In this document: piece by piece, positions 33,835 through 43,114 of the stretch
Layout: each line of letters begins with the position of its first letter
Position numbering within the stretch: position 1 is the first letter of the stretch
Translations under genes and position numbers: made by a program
The notes under the pieces: model-generated
Database searches by the model: none
Seen by the model: the letters and a program-made list of their open reading frames with translations, nothing else
Told to the model about the DNA's origin: nothing
Source of the DNA: a virus
Lineage: Duplodnaviria; Caudoviricetes
Virus record (IMG/VR): IMGVR_UViG_3300043432_000046
Location: 1 to 52,637 of that record
Length of the DNA: 52,637 nt
Reading direction: 5' to 3' (one strand)

Positions 33835-36209
33835 CAGGACACATCAAACAGCTTCGTAGAGCCGTGCCGCGAACGTATCGTTTGCGTATTCAACATGTGT
33901 ATTCCCTTTGCACGAGCTAGTGAAAACCTTGGCGCGATTTCACTGCTATAGCTGTTCCACAAACCGCGAAACTGCTGCGCAGGATCGAATAGTTCTTCGT
34001 CGCGTGTCACACCGCCTATACTGATCGTTGCTTTGGCTCTGAAGATTTCTACATGCGCAGTAACTGTACCTGCAATACGAGCAGCAACGATACGACCAGA
34101 TTTGTCCACAGTCAGTTCGTGCTTCTGGCGCACGCTGCTAGCTTCAAGTGTGCCAAGCGTATACTCTACGTCGTCGATTACTGCGTACACAGTCAGCGTC
34201 TGTCCTGCAACGTTAGCGTCGATAACGATCTTGTCTACACGGCCTTTCTGGTTCGGATCAGCGAGTAGCCCAGGCGTCTTCACGTCAAACGATATGCCAC
34301 TACCGTCGTCGCCGCTGGTTACGTCCATCGCTTCCAGCGACATGATCTTACTACTGAAGCCTGCAATGAGCAGTCCAGTATCATCCTCGAAGTACAGCGC
34401 CTGCGATGCAACACCTAGTTCACGCCAACGGCCTTCGATCAGATTGCAACCAAGCGTAATAACCGTATCACTCAAATACACTTCGTCACGACCATACGCT
34501 GCAATCACAGGTTCAAACGGTGCAGTACCTTCGACTGTCTCACCGTGGAACAACTTCGCGATAGCCTCACGAAAAAACGGAGCAGACGCAACACCGTTGA
34601 AGATTCGCACGCCGTCGTGTGATTCGTACACAACGCCAACAGCAGTGCGAATGACGCTGTGAGGCTTGGTTGTACCTGGACAGCCTAGTACGCGACGTGG
34701 AATAAATGGTTCGTCTGTGCCTACGATCTCAAAGATACCGCTTTCAGCAAAGCAGTAGATTGAACCATTCCAGACTACGAGTGCTTGCGTTTGATCGTCA
34801 CCAGACGTAGCATCAACGAACAACTTCACGGCTTCTGCGCGGCCCGCAGGACTGTAATACACACGACCACCTTTGCCAGTCTCAGTGTCACCGCACCACC
34901 ACATACGGCCTGCGTGTGGGCCTACACAGTATTCAAACGTATCTGACGGTTCGACGTTATCGAACGGTAATTCTTCTGACTGTAGTACCTCAGCATCAGA
35001 GTTACCCAAGCCAAGGTAGTCTGATACTTCGTCCGTGTACGTTGTAACACCGTTTGCAACTTGGCCATCCCAAAAGAATAAGCTGCCGTCACCGATAGTT
35101 CGCCAGATTTCAAGGTGTGTAACCTGTGCATCAGCAGACACCGGCAAGTTCGCGAGCGCAACGCTTTGGCGGTCCACGGTTGTTACTTCAACGTAGTTGG
35201 GGTTTGGATTACTACGTGTGCCTGTAACGTCATTCAGAAACGTCACGTAGTACCGATAACGCCCTTGCATCCCAACGTTGCCTATGAGCTTCATTTCGTC
35301 CCAGTACGTGATGACCGTACCACGAGAGTTCGTGATGATGGTGAGTCGCACGGCCTGTACGTCTGCCCAGTCGAGCGTAGTATCGTCGCCGCTGCGCAGG
35401 AACGCCAGCTTCGGTATGCGTATGTTCACCCACACGTTGCCGTCTGTTGGAACGATTGTCGTTGCAAGCTGCTTGACGATGTTTTGAATTTCAGATGGCG
35501 TAAGGTCGCTGTTTACGGAAGCTACGATGAATTCGTTCTGCGTGTCAATGACTTGTGGCAGACTGCCAAGGCCCACGTTTACTGGCTGCGAAGGCGCAAC
35601 GAGTACGATTGCCGAGTACGTGTCCGTAGCAAACGTTACGCCGCCTAGCGAAAACTCAAGTTGTATACGATCGATGCGTTCAGGACGATCCACGCGGAGC
35701 CAGAATGAAATGATGTCGGCGTCGCCGCTGTCTTCGGTTGTATCTACCTTTGACAAGTCAACTGTGATGCTTTTCGTGATCGTACCAACAGTCTTCTTGA
35801 CTACGGTCGCCTTCATCGAGTTCGTACCTTCTTGCTTGATTGTACCTTCGTCGGCAAGCGTAGCACTAACGCCGGTCCATGTTGCTTCACTTTCAAACAA
35901 GTCGATAGTTGTTGTACGTACGGTACTCTTCGTTGCAGTGAAACCGTCAGGCGGCGGTGTGATGCCCCAGTTCGATACTGTACCTGCGGCGTTGACTTTG
36001 CGAGCTAATCCACCACCAGTAAGGAACAAATGATCTGCAATCTGCGATGCTTCTACGTCTACTTCCAACGTGGGAGCCATCCGTGCAAACACAAGCCGTG
36101 TACCGTCTAGCAGTCCGTCAATGATCTTCGAGCCGTTACGCCATAGGTGCGTGCTCACGCCCCAAAAGCGTAGTTCGTCGAACCGATATATGCTATGTGC
36201 ATCAGCCAT
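33834..36209 (-). CDS. Tail nozzle / tubular protein B (P22 gp10/T7 gp12-like) with inserted CBM-like and Fn3-like domains
   Basis: Propeller motifs HAGRMW, VYYSPAG..E, GVRIFNG; YRYYVTF...SNP; position after adaptors. Confidence 0.8.
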   Translation of the reverse strand: MADAHSIYRFDELRFWGVSTHLWRNGSKIIDGLLDGTRLVFARMAPTLEVDVEASQIADHLFLTGGGLARKVNAAGTVSNWGITPPPDGFTATKSTVRTTTIDLFESEATWTGVSATLADEGTIKQEGTNSMKATVVKKTVGTITKSITVDLSKVDTTEDSGDADIISFWLRVDRPERIDRIQLEFSLGGVTFATDTYSAIVLVAPSQPVNVGLGSLPQVIDTQNEFIVASVNSDLTPSEIQNIVKQLATTIVPTDGNVWVNIRIPKLAFLRSGDDTTLDWADVQAVRLTIITNSRGTVITYWDEMKLIGNVGMQGRYRYYVTFLNDVTGTRSNPNPNYVEVTTVDRQSVALANLPVSADAQVTHLEIWRTIGDGSLFFWDGQVANGVTTYTDEVSDYLGLGNSDAEVLQSEELPFDNVEPSDTFEYCVGPHAGRMWWCGDTETGKGGRVYYSPAGRAEAVKLFVDATSGDDQTQALVVWNGSIYCFAESGIFEIVGTDEPFIPRRVLGCPGTTKPHSVIRTAVGVVYESHDGVRIFNGVASAPFFREAIAKLFHGETVEGTAPFEPVIAAYGRDEVYLSDTVITLGCNLIEGRWRELGVASQALYFEDDTGLLIAGFSSKIMSLEAMDVTSGDDGSGISFDVKTPGLLADPNQKGRVDKIVIDANVAGQTLTVYAVIDDVEYTLGTLEASSVRQKHELTVDKSGRIVAARIAGTVTAHVEIFRAKATISIGGVTRDEELFDPAQQFRGLWNSYSSEIAPRFSLARAKGIHMLNTQTIRSRHGSTKLFDVS

Positions 36210-36607
36210 TAGACTTTTAGTACATCAAGTAGACGTTTCAAGTTTTTGCCGACATCATTCAATGCTGTCTCGATGTCAGGCAGCACGTTGTCGATAATGT
36301 CGTCACGGAGCGCCGTGACGTTCGCAGTAGCCGTTGGATCGTCAATGGCGTATTCGCCGCTGAACGGTTTGTCGCCGCTGACGTGCTTACGCGCAAAGAA
36401 GTTCACTTTACCTACGTTGTTAATGTTGTGGCCGTCCAAGTCAATGTCGTCACCAAACGATGACACAGCACCGTGGCCGCTTGCTTTACTAATAGCAACG
36501 CTGATCTCAGACAACATCTTGTTAAGTTCTACTACAAGCCGGTTGAAGTCATCAACAGTTACTTCTGCCTTCCCGACGATTGGACTAACCTTGTACGCTT
36601 CAGGCAT
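36209..36607 (-). CDS. Tail-associated hypothetical protein
   Basis: Helix / IDLDGHNINNVG / helix. Confidence 0.65.
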   Translation of the reverse strand: MPEAYKVSPIVGKAEVTVDDFNRLVVELNKMLSEISVAISKASGHGAVSSFGDDIDLDGHNINNVGKVNFFARKHVSGDKPFSGEYAIDDPTATANVTALRDDIIDNVLPDIETALNDVGKNLKRLLDVLKV

Positions 36608-37194
36608 TACGGGCCTACCATCTTCATAAGCATCTCAGCTAACGCCTTGCACGAATCCGCAAACTGCGCGTCCTTGTGGTCGCTCTCGCGTGCGAACTCG
36701 CGGCTGAGTATCGCAAACGCTACAGGCATTTCGAGCCACTTGGGAAGGACTTCGCGCTGCTCAGTGTGTACGATGCAAATAGCATATTCAGGAAAGTCAA
36801 GGCCCAATGGCGAGCCGAACATGAAGATAAAGTCTTTGCTGCTGACGACAGGCGATGGATACAGTCTGAACTGCTTGTTCGTTTCGTCTTCGATGATGTA
36901 TGACTTTGGTGGACCACGTTCGTCGCGCCAATGCGTATTGACGGACTCGATTGCACGGAGTTTCGACTCGTACAGTAGACGATCATCATAGAACAGATGC
37001 AGCAGGTCTATCGCAGTCGCAGGCGGGGTATACTCGTTCGTTCCAGCGGTCGCTGTAACCAACGATGCTGTGACAAGCCATTCTGTCCGTCCAAGGTCCG
37101 CAACAACTTCATCGTAGTATTTGTCGATGGCTGTTGCGTCGGCTTGGTTCGTTGACAATGACTGACATAATGCTAGTACGTCACTTCGACTCAT
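36607..37194 (-). CDS. Head-tail adaptor / tubular protein A-like, paralogue 3
   Basis: AGTNEYT.P, W....G.P..Y, FRLYPSP. Confidence 0.7.
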   Translation of the reverse strand: MSRSDVLALCQSLSTNQADATAIDKYYDEVVADLGRTEWLVTASLVTATAGTNEYTPPATAIDLLHLFYDDRLLYESKLRAIESVNTHWRDERGPPKSYIIEDETNKQFRLYPSPVVSSKDFIFMFGSPLGLDFPEYAICIVHTEQREVLPKWLEMPVAFAILSREFARESDHKDAQFADSCKALAEMLMKMVGP

Positions 37195-37774
37195 TTGCGG
37201 CTATCAATCCATGTCGCGTAACAAACTGAGACAGTATTGGTTCGAGTAACTCGTACTTGCGCATTTTGACAAGCATGATGATCTGCGCAAGGTCAGTAGC
37301 TTCGAGGATTTCGTCAGCAGGAAGTTCTGCCTCGATGGTGTCGTCGTCGAAGGCATTTGTGAGTTTCGTGTAGACGACATCTACGCTCGCGGTCACGTTA
37401 CGCGCCGGATACACAACGAGCAAGTCGCGGCCTGGTAGCGCGAACTGTTTGAAGCGCGGGCCGATGTCCCGAAACCACTTGAAGCTAACGTGACCAAGTT
37501 CGCGAAGCGTTGTCTTTTTCAGGTCGCGGTCGCTTTCACGCACGAACTCGATGCGTAAGATGTCACTGGCGATGTCGGCGTACGGATAGAACATTTGGTT
37601 CGGGTTCGTCGTCAGCGTCACGGTTGTCTTCGTGCGCCGTAGTAAGCCGTTGACGAAACGCTGGCTGTCACTCAGCACGGAACGCACGAAACTATGCGAC
37701 AAACCAACAGCGTTGGGATCACGGAGCCTGCGTAACAAGTTGGCCGTTAGCTGGCCAGCGTTCGTATCGGGCAT
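37181..37774 (-). CDS. Head-tail adaptor-like, paralogue 2
   Basis: RRLRDP, Q.FYP, W....GP, LVVYPA...V.V.Y; ATG 37774. Confidence 0.65.
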   Translation of the reverse strand: MPDTNAGQLTANLLRRLRDPNAVGLSHSFVRSVLSDSQRFVNGLLRRTKTTVTLTTNPNQMFYPYADIASDILRIEFVRESDRDLKKTTLRELGHVSFKWFRDIGPRFKQFALPGRDLLVVYPARNVTASVDVVYTKLTNAFDDDTIEAELPADEILEATDLAQIIMLVKMRKYELLEPILSQFVTRHGLIAANESK

Positions 37775-37887
37775 CGAATGCACCACCATCCGTAGAAAAG
37801 GTAGACGTAATAAGCGTACTTCGTAGTCGTAAGCTCGAAGCAGTGCTTGTGCTCTGTGCCTTCTGTGCGTTTGCCGAATAGTTTCAT
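37747..37887 (-). CDS. 46-aa hypothetical peptide
   Basis: ATGA overlap, GGGG RBS; MKLFGKRTEGTEHKHCF... Confidence 0.45.
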   Translation of the reverse strand: MKLFGKRTEGTEHKHCFELTTTKYAYYVYLFYGWWCIRCPIRTLAS

Positions 37888-38840
37888 GGTCTGTTCCCCC
37901 TTGCGTACACTTCGTCACGCGCTGTCCGTACTTCGCCACGTCCGTATCCGTACGATCTCGTCATCTGCAAAATGAACGTCAGATCGTCTACGCCGCGATC
38001 CTGCCGTGCAACGTCCAGTATAATGCGTTCCCACGTTGTACGCTGCTGGCGTGATTCATTGCGCCAGTACGCAGCAGCCTCGATACTGAAGTCCTTACCA
38101 GGCTTCGCGTACTTCGCAGCGTTGTACTGTGCTATGTCAATCAGCACGCCTTCCTTCAGTTGGTAGCCGTCGATTACGTTTGGCACTTCGGCATCTGGAC
38201 GCAGCGCATCTGGACGTTTCCAGAAGATGTAGTTCAGCGTTTCAGCGTTAGTAGAATACGGATACACTTCGATGGCCAAGCAACGCTTGCCGTCAGTGTT
38301 GATTAAGTCCTCTGTCTGGCACCAATCGTCAGGAGGTCCACCGACAAGCTGGCGCTCCGGGTAACGCAGGTCCATCTCGGCCATTGAGATTTTGTTCAAC
38401 GGGCGACGAAAGCGCGGGTAGATCATCGTGTTGCTGATCCAACGTGCTTCAGGGTCGAGCGCGATCTGCTTGGCGACGATCTTGTAGGTGCCTGCTGATA
38501 CGTCGTCTTCGGTGAACTCGGTCGCGAGTGCGAGTGACGTAGCCGATATGACCTTCTGGATGCGATACCACTGGGTACGCGCACGGAAGTAGCGCCCGTC
38601 GTAGACGTTGGACCACACCGTAGAAGCACCTGCAACTGCTGTGGAGCCACGCACGACCGTTACTGTGCCTGTATCATAAGCTGCAGGCACAACGACGTGC
38701 CCTAGCTGCCGCATGTGCCTGAAGCGCAGCCGTGAGCAGAGCGCCTGGTAGCGTTCCATCGCCCACTGGGACGCAAGCACAAACGAGGCGTCGCAATCGA
38801 CCGCTGCGAGCGCACTGCGGGCGACTTCCTCGAAGTTCAT
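37884..38840 (-). CDS. Head-tail adaptor-like, paralogue 1, with inserted beta domain
   Basis: GTVTV..GST.V.G..T.W insert; GPP..W, IEVYPY. Confidence 0.7.
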   Translation of the reverse strand: MNFEEVARSALAAVDCDASFVLASQWAMERYQALCSRLRFRHMRQLGHVVVPAAYDTGTVTVVRGSTAVAGASTVWSNVYDGRYFRARTQWYRIQKVISATSLALATEFTEDDVSAGTYKIVAKQIALDPEARWISNTMIYPRFRRPLNKISMAEMDLRYPERQLVGGPPDDWCQTEDLINTDGKRCLAIEVYPYSTNAETLNYIFWKRPDALRPDAEVPNVIDGYQLKEGVLIDIAQYNAAKYAKPGKDFSIEAAAYWRNESRQQRTTWERIILDVARQDRGVDDLTFILQMTRSYGYGRGEVRTARDEVYARGNRP

Positions 38841-38842
38841 GG

Positions 38843-38971
38843 TCAGCCTGCGCGGACTCTACGGATAGAGGTTTGGCGAGTGATTACGTTTGCGTGACGA
38901 GAGAGGATGGACTGCGGAGGTTTTTGCTTTTCCTCCGCAGTCTTTTTGGGTGGCTCCTTTTTCTTTTCCAT
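38843..38971 (-). CDS. 42-aa basic peptide
   Basis: Hand translation MEKKKEPPKK...; fills the intergenic gap. Confidence 0.55.
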   Translation of the reverse strand: MEKKKEPPKKTAEEKQKPPQSILSRHANVITRQTSIRRVRAG

Positions 38972-39949
38972 TTAACTCACGTCTGGATGGTTTGCAAGAC
39001 CGTTGAACAACGCAACTGTTGCACCGCCCGTAGCTTGGTTGATCGGCGTGTTTGCAGGAGCTAACCACACGCTTGATTCGCCAGCAGCCGCAACTACGTC
39101 AGTCACACCAGCAAAGAAACTGTTGTTGTCAAAGATCATCTTAGCGTTGCCAAGGCCAGTACCGTCGATTCCGTACGTGAGCGATGTACCAAGGTTCAAG
39201 AACTGGCAGTTTTTGAAGGCGATTGTGCATCGTCCAAGGCCAGCAACAGTTTTCAAGAACGTCACCTGCGCATTGTCAGCGTTCATCACAAACAGGCAAT
39301 TCTCGAATACGACTCGCGGTGGAGCAGCTTGAGCACCAAAGTTGACCATAGTGCCATCTGTCCATGCAACAGTATCGCCACCGAAGTAACAATTCTTGAA
39401 GTATGTTTCAGATGACTGAAGATCAATGAGTTTGAACGTTGACACGTCAAGCGGTGCCGGATCGGTCTGTAAGAAGTGACAGTTGATGAACGAATTACGC
39501 GGGCCACTCACCGTTAGCAGATTCAGATCAGTCGCGTTCGCAAGTCCATAAGGGAAGTACAAATTCGCAATAGTGTTACCACTACCACTCACTGTAAGCA
39601 GCGGTGATACTGTAACGCTATGTCCAATGCGCGAACGATGGTTCTGCATTGCGGGGCCATACATGCCGACCAAGTGGCACATATTCTTTGACCACGTAAT
39701 TGCAGCCGCCGTTGGATGGGAGTCAGGCGTAACGAGCATTACGTCGTTACGTCCTGAAGTCATCAAAGCGTGTGCTGTCGTCAGATCAGTATCAGGATGA
39801 TAGAACGGACTTCGCGCAACGCCTTCCCAATATGCATCACCTGCTTGTGCGGAAGTCGTAAGTAAATGAATGTCAGCGGCACCGACAATGCCAATACCTG
39901 CAAGCGATGCAGAAGCGATTTCACGGAAGCGAGTCGTGTTACCTGGCAT
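38972..39949 (-). CDS. Beta-helix (pectin-lyase-like) head spike/fibre candidate
   Basis: Repeated F.NC.F motifs; directly downstream of the capsid gene. Confidence 0.7.
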   Translation of the reverse strand: MPGNTTRFREIASASLAGIGIVGAADIHLLTTSAQAGDAYWEGVARSPFYHPDTDLTTAHALMTSGRNDVMLVTPDSHPTAAAITWSKNMCHLVGMYGPAMQNHRSRIGHSVTVSPLLTVSGSGNTIANLYFPYGLANATDLNLLTVSGPRNSFINCHFLQTDPAPLDVSTFKLIDLQSSETYFKNCYFGGDTVAWTDGTMVNFGAQAAPPRVVFENCLFVMNADNAQVTFLKTVAGLGRCTIAFKNCQFLNLGTSLTYGIDGTGLGNAKMIFDNNSFFAGVTDVVAAAGESSVWLAPANTPINQATGGATVALFNGLANHPDVS

Positions 39950-39985
39950 AGTTTTTTCCTTTCAGTAGGAAATTCGGTTAATGTT

Positions 39986-40027
39986 TCAACACGGTTTCGG
40001 TTTGGATTTCTTTTTCTTTTTTGCCAT
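39986..40027 (-). CDS. 13-aa poly-Lys micropeptide MAKKKKKSKPKPC
   Basis: TGATG coupling to the capsid stop codon. Confidence 0.4.
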   Translation of the reverse strand: MAKKKKKSKPKPC

Positions 40028-40941
40028 CAGCCTGTACTCCCGTCTACCCCGCGCCAAGTAGCCCATTGTCCGCGAGTGTGTCGTTGATACGCAGTGGCGA
40101 TTGCATTTTTCGTCCAAGGATCATCGAACATATCGAAGATCGGACGATCACGCCAGCCGAAGGACAGATCGTGAACGCCCTTGGCCGCGAGCAAGAACCA
40201 GTACGTCGAGGTCGTGATGTAATGGCAGACCATCCATGACAGGTCTTCGTCGATCAGCGCATTGATCTCGTTGTCGGCGCTGTACGGTTTGCCGCTGCTG
40301 CCAAGGATTTCGCGAGCGATGAACTTGTTGGTCGGTGTGACAAGAGCCATCACCGGAGCCATCAAGCGCGGCAGCGCACGTTCGTCGGTCATGCCTTCGA
40401 ACCGCAGGATGCTGTTCTGAATGCCGGTCTGCGAGAAGCCAATGTCGGGCGATGGGCGGTTCGCACGGCTCGCACCGTCCAAGCCGGTATGCGCTGTGCT
40501 GCACAACGACTCGCTGGCCGTGAAGCCAGTGAACGACGTACTGAAGGCGTTGTTCAGCGCGTGCCAGGCGTCAACCTCTTGACGGTTGCGACCAGCGCGG
40601 GCGAGTTCCGCTGACAGTTCCCTGAACACACCGTACAGTTCGTCGCGCCATGCTTCCCAGGTACATTCGTACGCGAGGCCATAAGGCGCAGCGGTGTACG
40701 ACTTGGTTCCACCGAGGATCGGCTCATCCAGCGCGAAGCTGTCGCCTTCGTCCTTGGTAGGCATGGTGCCAAGGCCGGTGATCTGTTGATCGCTCATCGG
40801 GTTCCAATCCATGTTCCACACGTCGTACACGGACGGATATTCCAGTGGGCGCTCTTTGCCGACTTCCATGAACACACGACGTAGCCCTGGGTCGAGCAAC
40901 GCTGCGTATCCGTTTCTTGTTACGATTCCACCACCAGGCAT
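40027..40941 (-). CDS. Major capsid protein (HK97 fold, Mu gpT-like)
   Basis: LDPGL...F, K.EG, LCS.AH, A.NEINAL, T.WFL, WRGV.GS; AGGAGG RBS. Confidence 0.88.
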   Translation of the reverse strand: MPGGGIVTRNGYAALLDPGLRRVFMEVGKERPLEYPSVYDVWNMDWNPMSDQQITGLGTMPTKDEGDSFALDEPILGGTKSYTAAPYGLAYECTWEAWRDELYGVFRELSAELARAGRNRQEVDAWHALNNAFSTSFTGFTASESLCSTAHTGLDGASRANRPSPDIGFSQTGIQNSILRFEGMTDERALPRLMAPVMALVTPTNKFIAREILGSSGKPYSADNEINALIDEDLSWMVCHYITTSTYWFLLAAKGVHDLSFGWRDRPIFDMFDDPWTKNAIATAYQRHTRGQWATWRGVDGSTG

Positions 40942-40968
40942 AATGAACCTCCTAACGGTTAAGTGTTA

Positions 40969-41463
40969 TTAGTCAGCTTCACCACTGAAAATTGTGACGA
41001 GCGCCATGAAGACGAATTCGACACGCGGCTTCACGGTCGCGAGCGCATCGACGAGCTTCACGATGTTCACGGCGTCAGACGTGTTGGCCGGGTCGATGAA
41101 CCAACGTTTGTTCGTAGTGTCGATTAGAATACCGTACGACGCGCCGAGATTCGTCTGAACGAGAATGTGCGTGTTTGTTGAGTCAACGCACAACGTACCC
41201 TCGAATCGCAAGCCGGGCAGCGCCGGTACGAACTCCATGTCATGCGTGCCTGCGGCTGAATCGTTGTGAGCGTTGGTCGTTGAGATACCAGCGATCTTCA
41301 CGACAGGACTCGCGGCTGCTTGCACAAGGTAGCCAGACGTGAAAATCACGACAGAACCTTTCAGGAAGGTTTCCGTCACGCCTTCAGGAGCGTTCCAGAG
41401 TGGAACGGAAGTCTGACCACCAACCCTGCGGGGATGAAATCCTCTTGTTACTGTACCAGCCAT
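40969..41463 (-). CDS. Capsid cement/decoration protein
   Basis: Beta-rich 164 aa just upstream of the capsid gene. Confidence 0.7.
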   Translation of the reverse strand: MAGTVTRGFHPRRVGGQTSVPLWNAPEGVTETFLKGSVVIFTSGYLVQAAASPVVKIAGISTTNAHNDSAAGTHDMEFVPALPGLRFEGTLCVDSTNTHILVQTNLGASYGILIDTTNKRWFIDPANTSDAVNIVKLVDALATVKPRVEFVFMALVTIFSGEAD

Positions 41464-41472
41464 GATTTCCTC

Positions 41473-42102
41473 CTAAGTATGTGCGCCAGGCATTCTGCCT
41501 TGGCGGATAAGTTTGTCCGTTGTCCTGCCTGCGATTTTCTGAGCGTTAGCGTTCGTCATCATGCGCTTCAGCGTACGAGCATCGACTTCGCCATCTTGGT
41601 AGATGGGGATGCCGTACTTCTTCGCGAGCCTACGAGCCTCGTCGCTGATGCCGGATTTTTCTTCGTTGAAACGCGCTGCGCGTTCGCGGTTGCGCCGGTC
41701 GATTATCAGGAACTTGTCCAGCGGAATTTTCATCAGGAGCGTGTCGCCTACGCGCCGCGTGGTGTCGGCTCCAATGCCTTTGTGTTCGAGAGCTTCTTCG
41801 TCGTTGCCTTGAACGACAAGCCAGCCTTCGATTTGTTTTTGTGTGACCATCAGACCGTGCATACCGCTGTAGACCCAACAGTAACGTTGCGTGGGATCGG
41901 CGTTCGACACCTTCAACATGGTCGTTGCAGGATCGAAGTTCTGCGCGATCTCGTTTTCGATCTTGAACTTGTCGGGGTCGATGGTTTCGGTTTCGAGCGC
42001 GGCTGCGGTTTCTTCGGCAGCTTGTTCGAGAGCGTCTTTACGCTCTGCCAGAACTTCGTTGCGCTCTGCGCCAGCGGGGGGTAAATCAACTTTGCGGGCC
42101 AC
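41473..42102 (-). CDS. Head morphogenesis hypothetical protein
   Basis: Y.WV...GW..V...GD.LLMKIP pattern between scaffold and cement. Confidence 0.7.
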   Translation of the reverse strand: MARKVDLPPAGAERNEVLAERKDALEQAAEETAAALETETIDPDKFKIENEIAQNFDPATTMLKVSNADPTQRYCWVYSGMHGLMVTQKQIEGWLVVQGNDEEALEHKGIGADTTRRVGDTLLMKIPLDKFLIIDRRNRERAARFNEEKSGISDEARRLAKKYGIPIYQDGEVDARTLKRMMTNANAQKIAGRTTDKLIRQGRMPGAHT

Positions 42103-42891
42103 TTATTGCACGGTGCCTTCTCCTTCGGTGTCACGCGCCAATTTGATGTAGTCTTCTTTGCTCATGCCAAATGCTTTTGCGATGGATTCGATGCTGCGTC
42201 CACGGCTCCGAAGCTCTCGCTCCGCTTCGTCACCGAAGACTTCTTTGACTGTGGCTTCGACGGGAGAATCGTTCGTGCGGCCATTGCTGCCACCTGGCAA
42301 CACGCCTGCGGGATTTTTGGCCTTGCGCAAGGCAGCTTCAACTTCCTCAGCAACAATTCTATCGTTGTTCTCACCAACGACGGCGTTGTAGACGACTAGG
42401 TGATTCGTTGGGTCGAGGCGCTGTTCGATGGGCATTCGTGCGAGGTAGGCGTCAACCTGCTTTTTGATGTAGTCCTTGTTGTAGTGCTTCATCTTTGGCT
42501 TCGCCAGTTCGGAGGCCATGCTGGACAGTGAGTTTGAAGCAGTTTCTTCGATATGCGAAGCGCGGGCCTCGTACTTTTTGTCGAGGCGCTTGGTTGCGGC
42601 GTCCAGCATCTTGCGGAAGACTTTTGCGCCTTTGCCTTCGGCAAGGACGGCATCAATTTCTTCGTCGGTTACGTCTTCGATGGCAGCGTCAGGTCGGGCT
42701 GGTTCGTGAACGCGGGAACTGTTGAGGGCTTGGAGAGATTCGCGTACGGCGTCCATCGTACCTTGAATCGTAGCCTGGAAGGTTTTGAACTCGTCGGCGG
42801 GAACGTACTGCGGAGCAGCAGCTTTTTGCTCGTCCTGCTGCTTCTGTTCGTCCTGCTTTTGCTCGTCTTGCTTTTCGGTTTCGTCAGCCAT
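42103..42891 (-). CDS. Capsid scaffolding protein
   Basis: Acidic KQDEQ repeats, helical, C-terminal A..FGMS.EDY.K. Confidence 0.75.
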   Translation of the reverse strand: MADETEKQDEQKQDEQKQQDEQKAAAPQYVPADEFKTFQATIQGTMDAVRESLQALNSSRVHEPARPDAAIEDVTDEEIDAVLAEGKGAKVFRKMLDAATKRLDKKYEARASHIEETASNSLSSMASELAKPKMKHYNKDYIKKQVDAYLARMPIEQRLDPTNHLVVYNAVVGENNDRIVAEEVEAALRKAKNPAGVLPGGSNGRTNDSPVEATVKEVFGDEAERELRSRGRSIESIAKAFGMSKEDYIKLARDTEGEGTVQ

Positions 42892-43114
42892 TTGGGACTC
42901 CGTACAGGTGATTACGTTGAGCTTCGTTCTTTTGATCTATCGTACTCAAATTTAAGATATTGTCAAGCATTTTCTTTGCCCCCTGGCGTTCTTTTTCTTC
43001 GTCCCAGGTTTTAGGGTTACGTTCAAGCTGAAGCTGGCGCTGTTCACCGAGCCAGGCCAGGTAGTCGTTCCAAGCGTCGGGGCTTGCCCGTAGGCACAAA
43101 ATCCATTCACGCAT
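42884..43114 (-). CDS. Small post-portal helical protein
   Basis: 76 aa, QG motif, coupled to the portal gene. Confidence 0.65.
   Translation of the reverse strand: MREWILCLRASPDAWNDYLAWLGEQRQLQLERNPKTWDEEKERQGAKKMLDNILNLSTIDQKNEAQRNHLYGVPNG
42939..42966 (-). promoter_or_regulatory. sigma70-type promoter of the scaffold-capsid operon
   Basis: TTGACA-N16-TACGAT. Confidence 0.5.
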
